Below, piece by piece: positions 63,684 through 64,000 of a stretch of DNA of 64,000 nucleotides. The notes beneath the pieces were generated by a model. That model ran no database searches. It saw only the letters and a list, made by a program, of their open reading frames with translations, and was not told the DNA's origin. The position numbers and the translations under genes are program-made. Positions within the stretch are counted from its first letter, which is position 1, and each line of letters begins with the position of its first letter. The stretch is from Deltaproteobacteria bacterium (lineage in GTDB: Bacteria > Myxococcota_A > UBA9042 > PHBI01), in the NCBI GenBank assembly GCA_006226565.1, contig SBGO01000716.1:307-64306 (forward strand), written 5' to 3'.

Positions 63684-64000
63684 GGGGCTTCGGCACAGCG
63701 CTCACGCAGCCGAAGCGGTGCGCGATCTACACGCGCAAGTCGACCGCGATCGGCCTCGAGCAGGAGTTCAACACGCTCGATGCCCAACGGGAGGCGTGCC
63801 TGGCGTACATCCAGCGCCAGGAGCACTGGACGACGACGGACGTCCGCTACGACGACGGTGGCTTCACCGGAGCCAACATCGAGCGGCCCGCCTTCCAGCG
63901 GTTGCTCGAGGACATCGACGCGGGGAAGGTCGACATCGTGGTGGTCTACAAGGTCGACCGCCTCTCCCGCTCGCTCCTCGACTTCGCCCGTGTGATGGAC
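63680..64000 (+). CDS. Large serine recombinase, N-terminal catalytic domain (3' end outside the window)
   Basis: [10 protein letters not shown]...LDAQREAC...[20 protein letters not shown] resolvase motifs. The GTG start overlaps the DUF2924 stop as GTGA. Confidence 0.8.
   Translation, partial: MRGFGTALTQPKRCAIYTRKSTAIGLEQEFNTLDAQREACLAYIQRQEHWTTTDVRYDDGGFTGANIERPAFQRLLEDIDAGKVDIVVVYKVDRLSRSLLDFARVMD

Larger units (their letters stand above)
50704..64000. mobile_element. Phage-like (prophage or phage-derived) module: exonuclease, large and small terminase, ParB-methyltransferase, iterons, primase, sigma factor, Zn-ribbon, DUF2924 plus serine recombinase
   Basis: A co-oriented minus-strand gene block with translational coupling throughout. 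Terminase, primase and recombinase are hallmark genes. The left boundary is uncertain and the right end is beyond the window. Confidence 0.55.

Overview
This is a 64 kb, very GC-rich (about 70% by eye) bacterial chromosomal segment. Gene content (Ser/Thr kinase with a PEGA partner, three formylglycine-generating-enzyme paralogs) suggests a Myxococcota-like genome. All calls are from motif reading of the six-frame translations; no database search was possible. From left to right:

- **1 to 9.6 kb, housekeeping redox genes.** NAD-dependent formate dehydrogenase: a NuoF-like beta subunit cut off by the window edge, and an alpha subunit with an in-frame TGA selenocysteine codon followed by a SECIS-like hairpin. 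Then a DUF2277 gene, a RavA/ViaA-like AAA-ATPase plus VWA pair, and a divergent HxlR-regulated MdaB-like quinone reductase with a redoxin.
- **9.6 to 14.9 kb, repeat-bounded cassette.** A 39-bp near-perfect direct repeat flanks an AbiEi/AbiEii toxin-antitoxin pair, an HExxH protein, a small basic protein and a large serine recombinase.
- **15.1 to 20.0 kb, Thoeris-like locus (most novel).** A roughly 1200-aa protein with TIR domains, a LOG/SLOG-like Rossmann domain and a C-terminal CHAT (caspase-like) protease, followed by two tandem ThsB-like TIR genes. This fits a Thoeris-type TIR signalling system whose SLOG sensor is fused to a caspase-like effector instead of SIR2 or Macro.
- **20.2 to 37.9 kb, DISARM-like restriction operon on the minus strand.** SNF2 helicase, then a roughly 1490-aa N6-adenine methyltransferase, a GmrSD-like DUF262/DUF1524 nuclease, a Schlafen-like AlbA_2/HATPase_c_4 protein, a 1889-aa DEXH-helicase with Zn-ribbons and a DUF559-like tail (a candidate DrmA-DrmB fusion), and a small PD-(D/E)xK nuclease. 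Several junctions overlap by one base (TGATG, TAATG). A pair of related palindromes sits upstream of the giant helicase gene.
- **38.2 to 49.1 kb, Myxo-type genes.** Ser/Thr kinase, PEGA/TPR protein, an acidic-repeat lipoprotein, and three tandem secreted paralogs each combining phage-tail-fibre-like repeats, a P-domain and a formylglycine-generating-enzyme domain.
- **50.7 to 64.0 kb, phage-like module.** DEDDh exonuclease, gamma-glutamyl cyclotransferase, lambda-GpA-type large terminase, a candidate small terminase, a ParB-like/methyltransferase fusion, a primase fusion, an ECF-like sigma factor and a Zn-ribbon protein. A DUF2924 gene and a second large serine recombinase run off the right edge. 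A 9-copy iteron array of AGGTTC(G/C)GCA lies between the primase and methyltransferase genes.

No rRNA, tRNA or CRISPR array was recognised.
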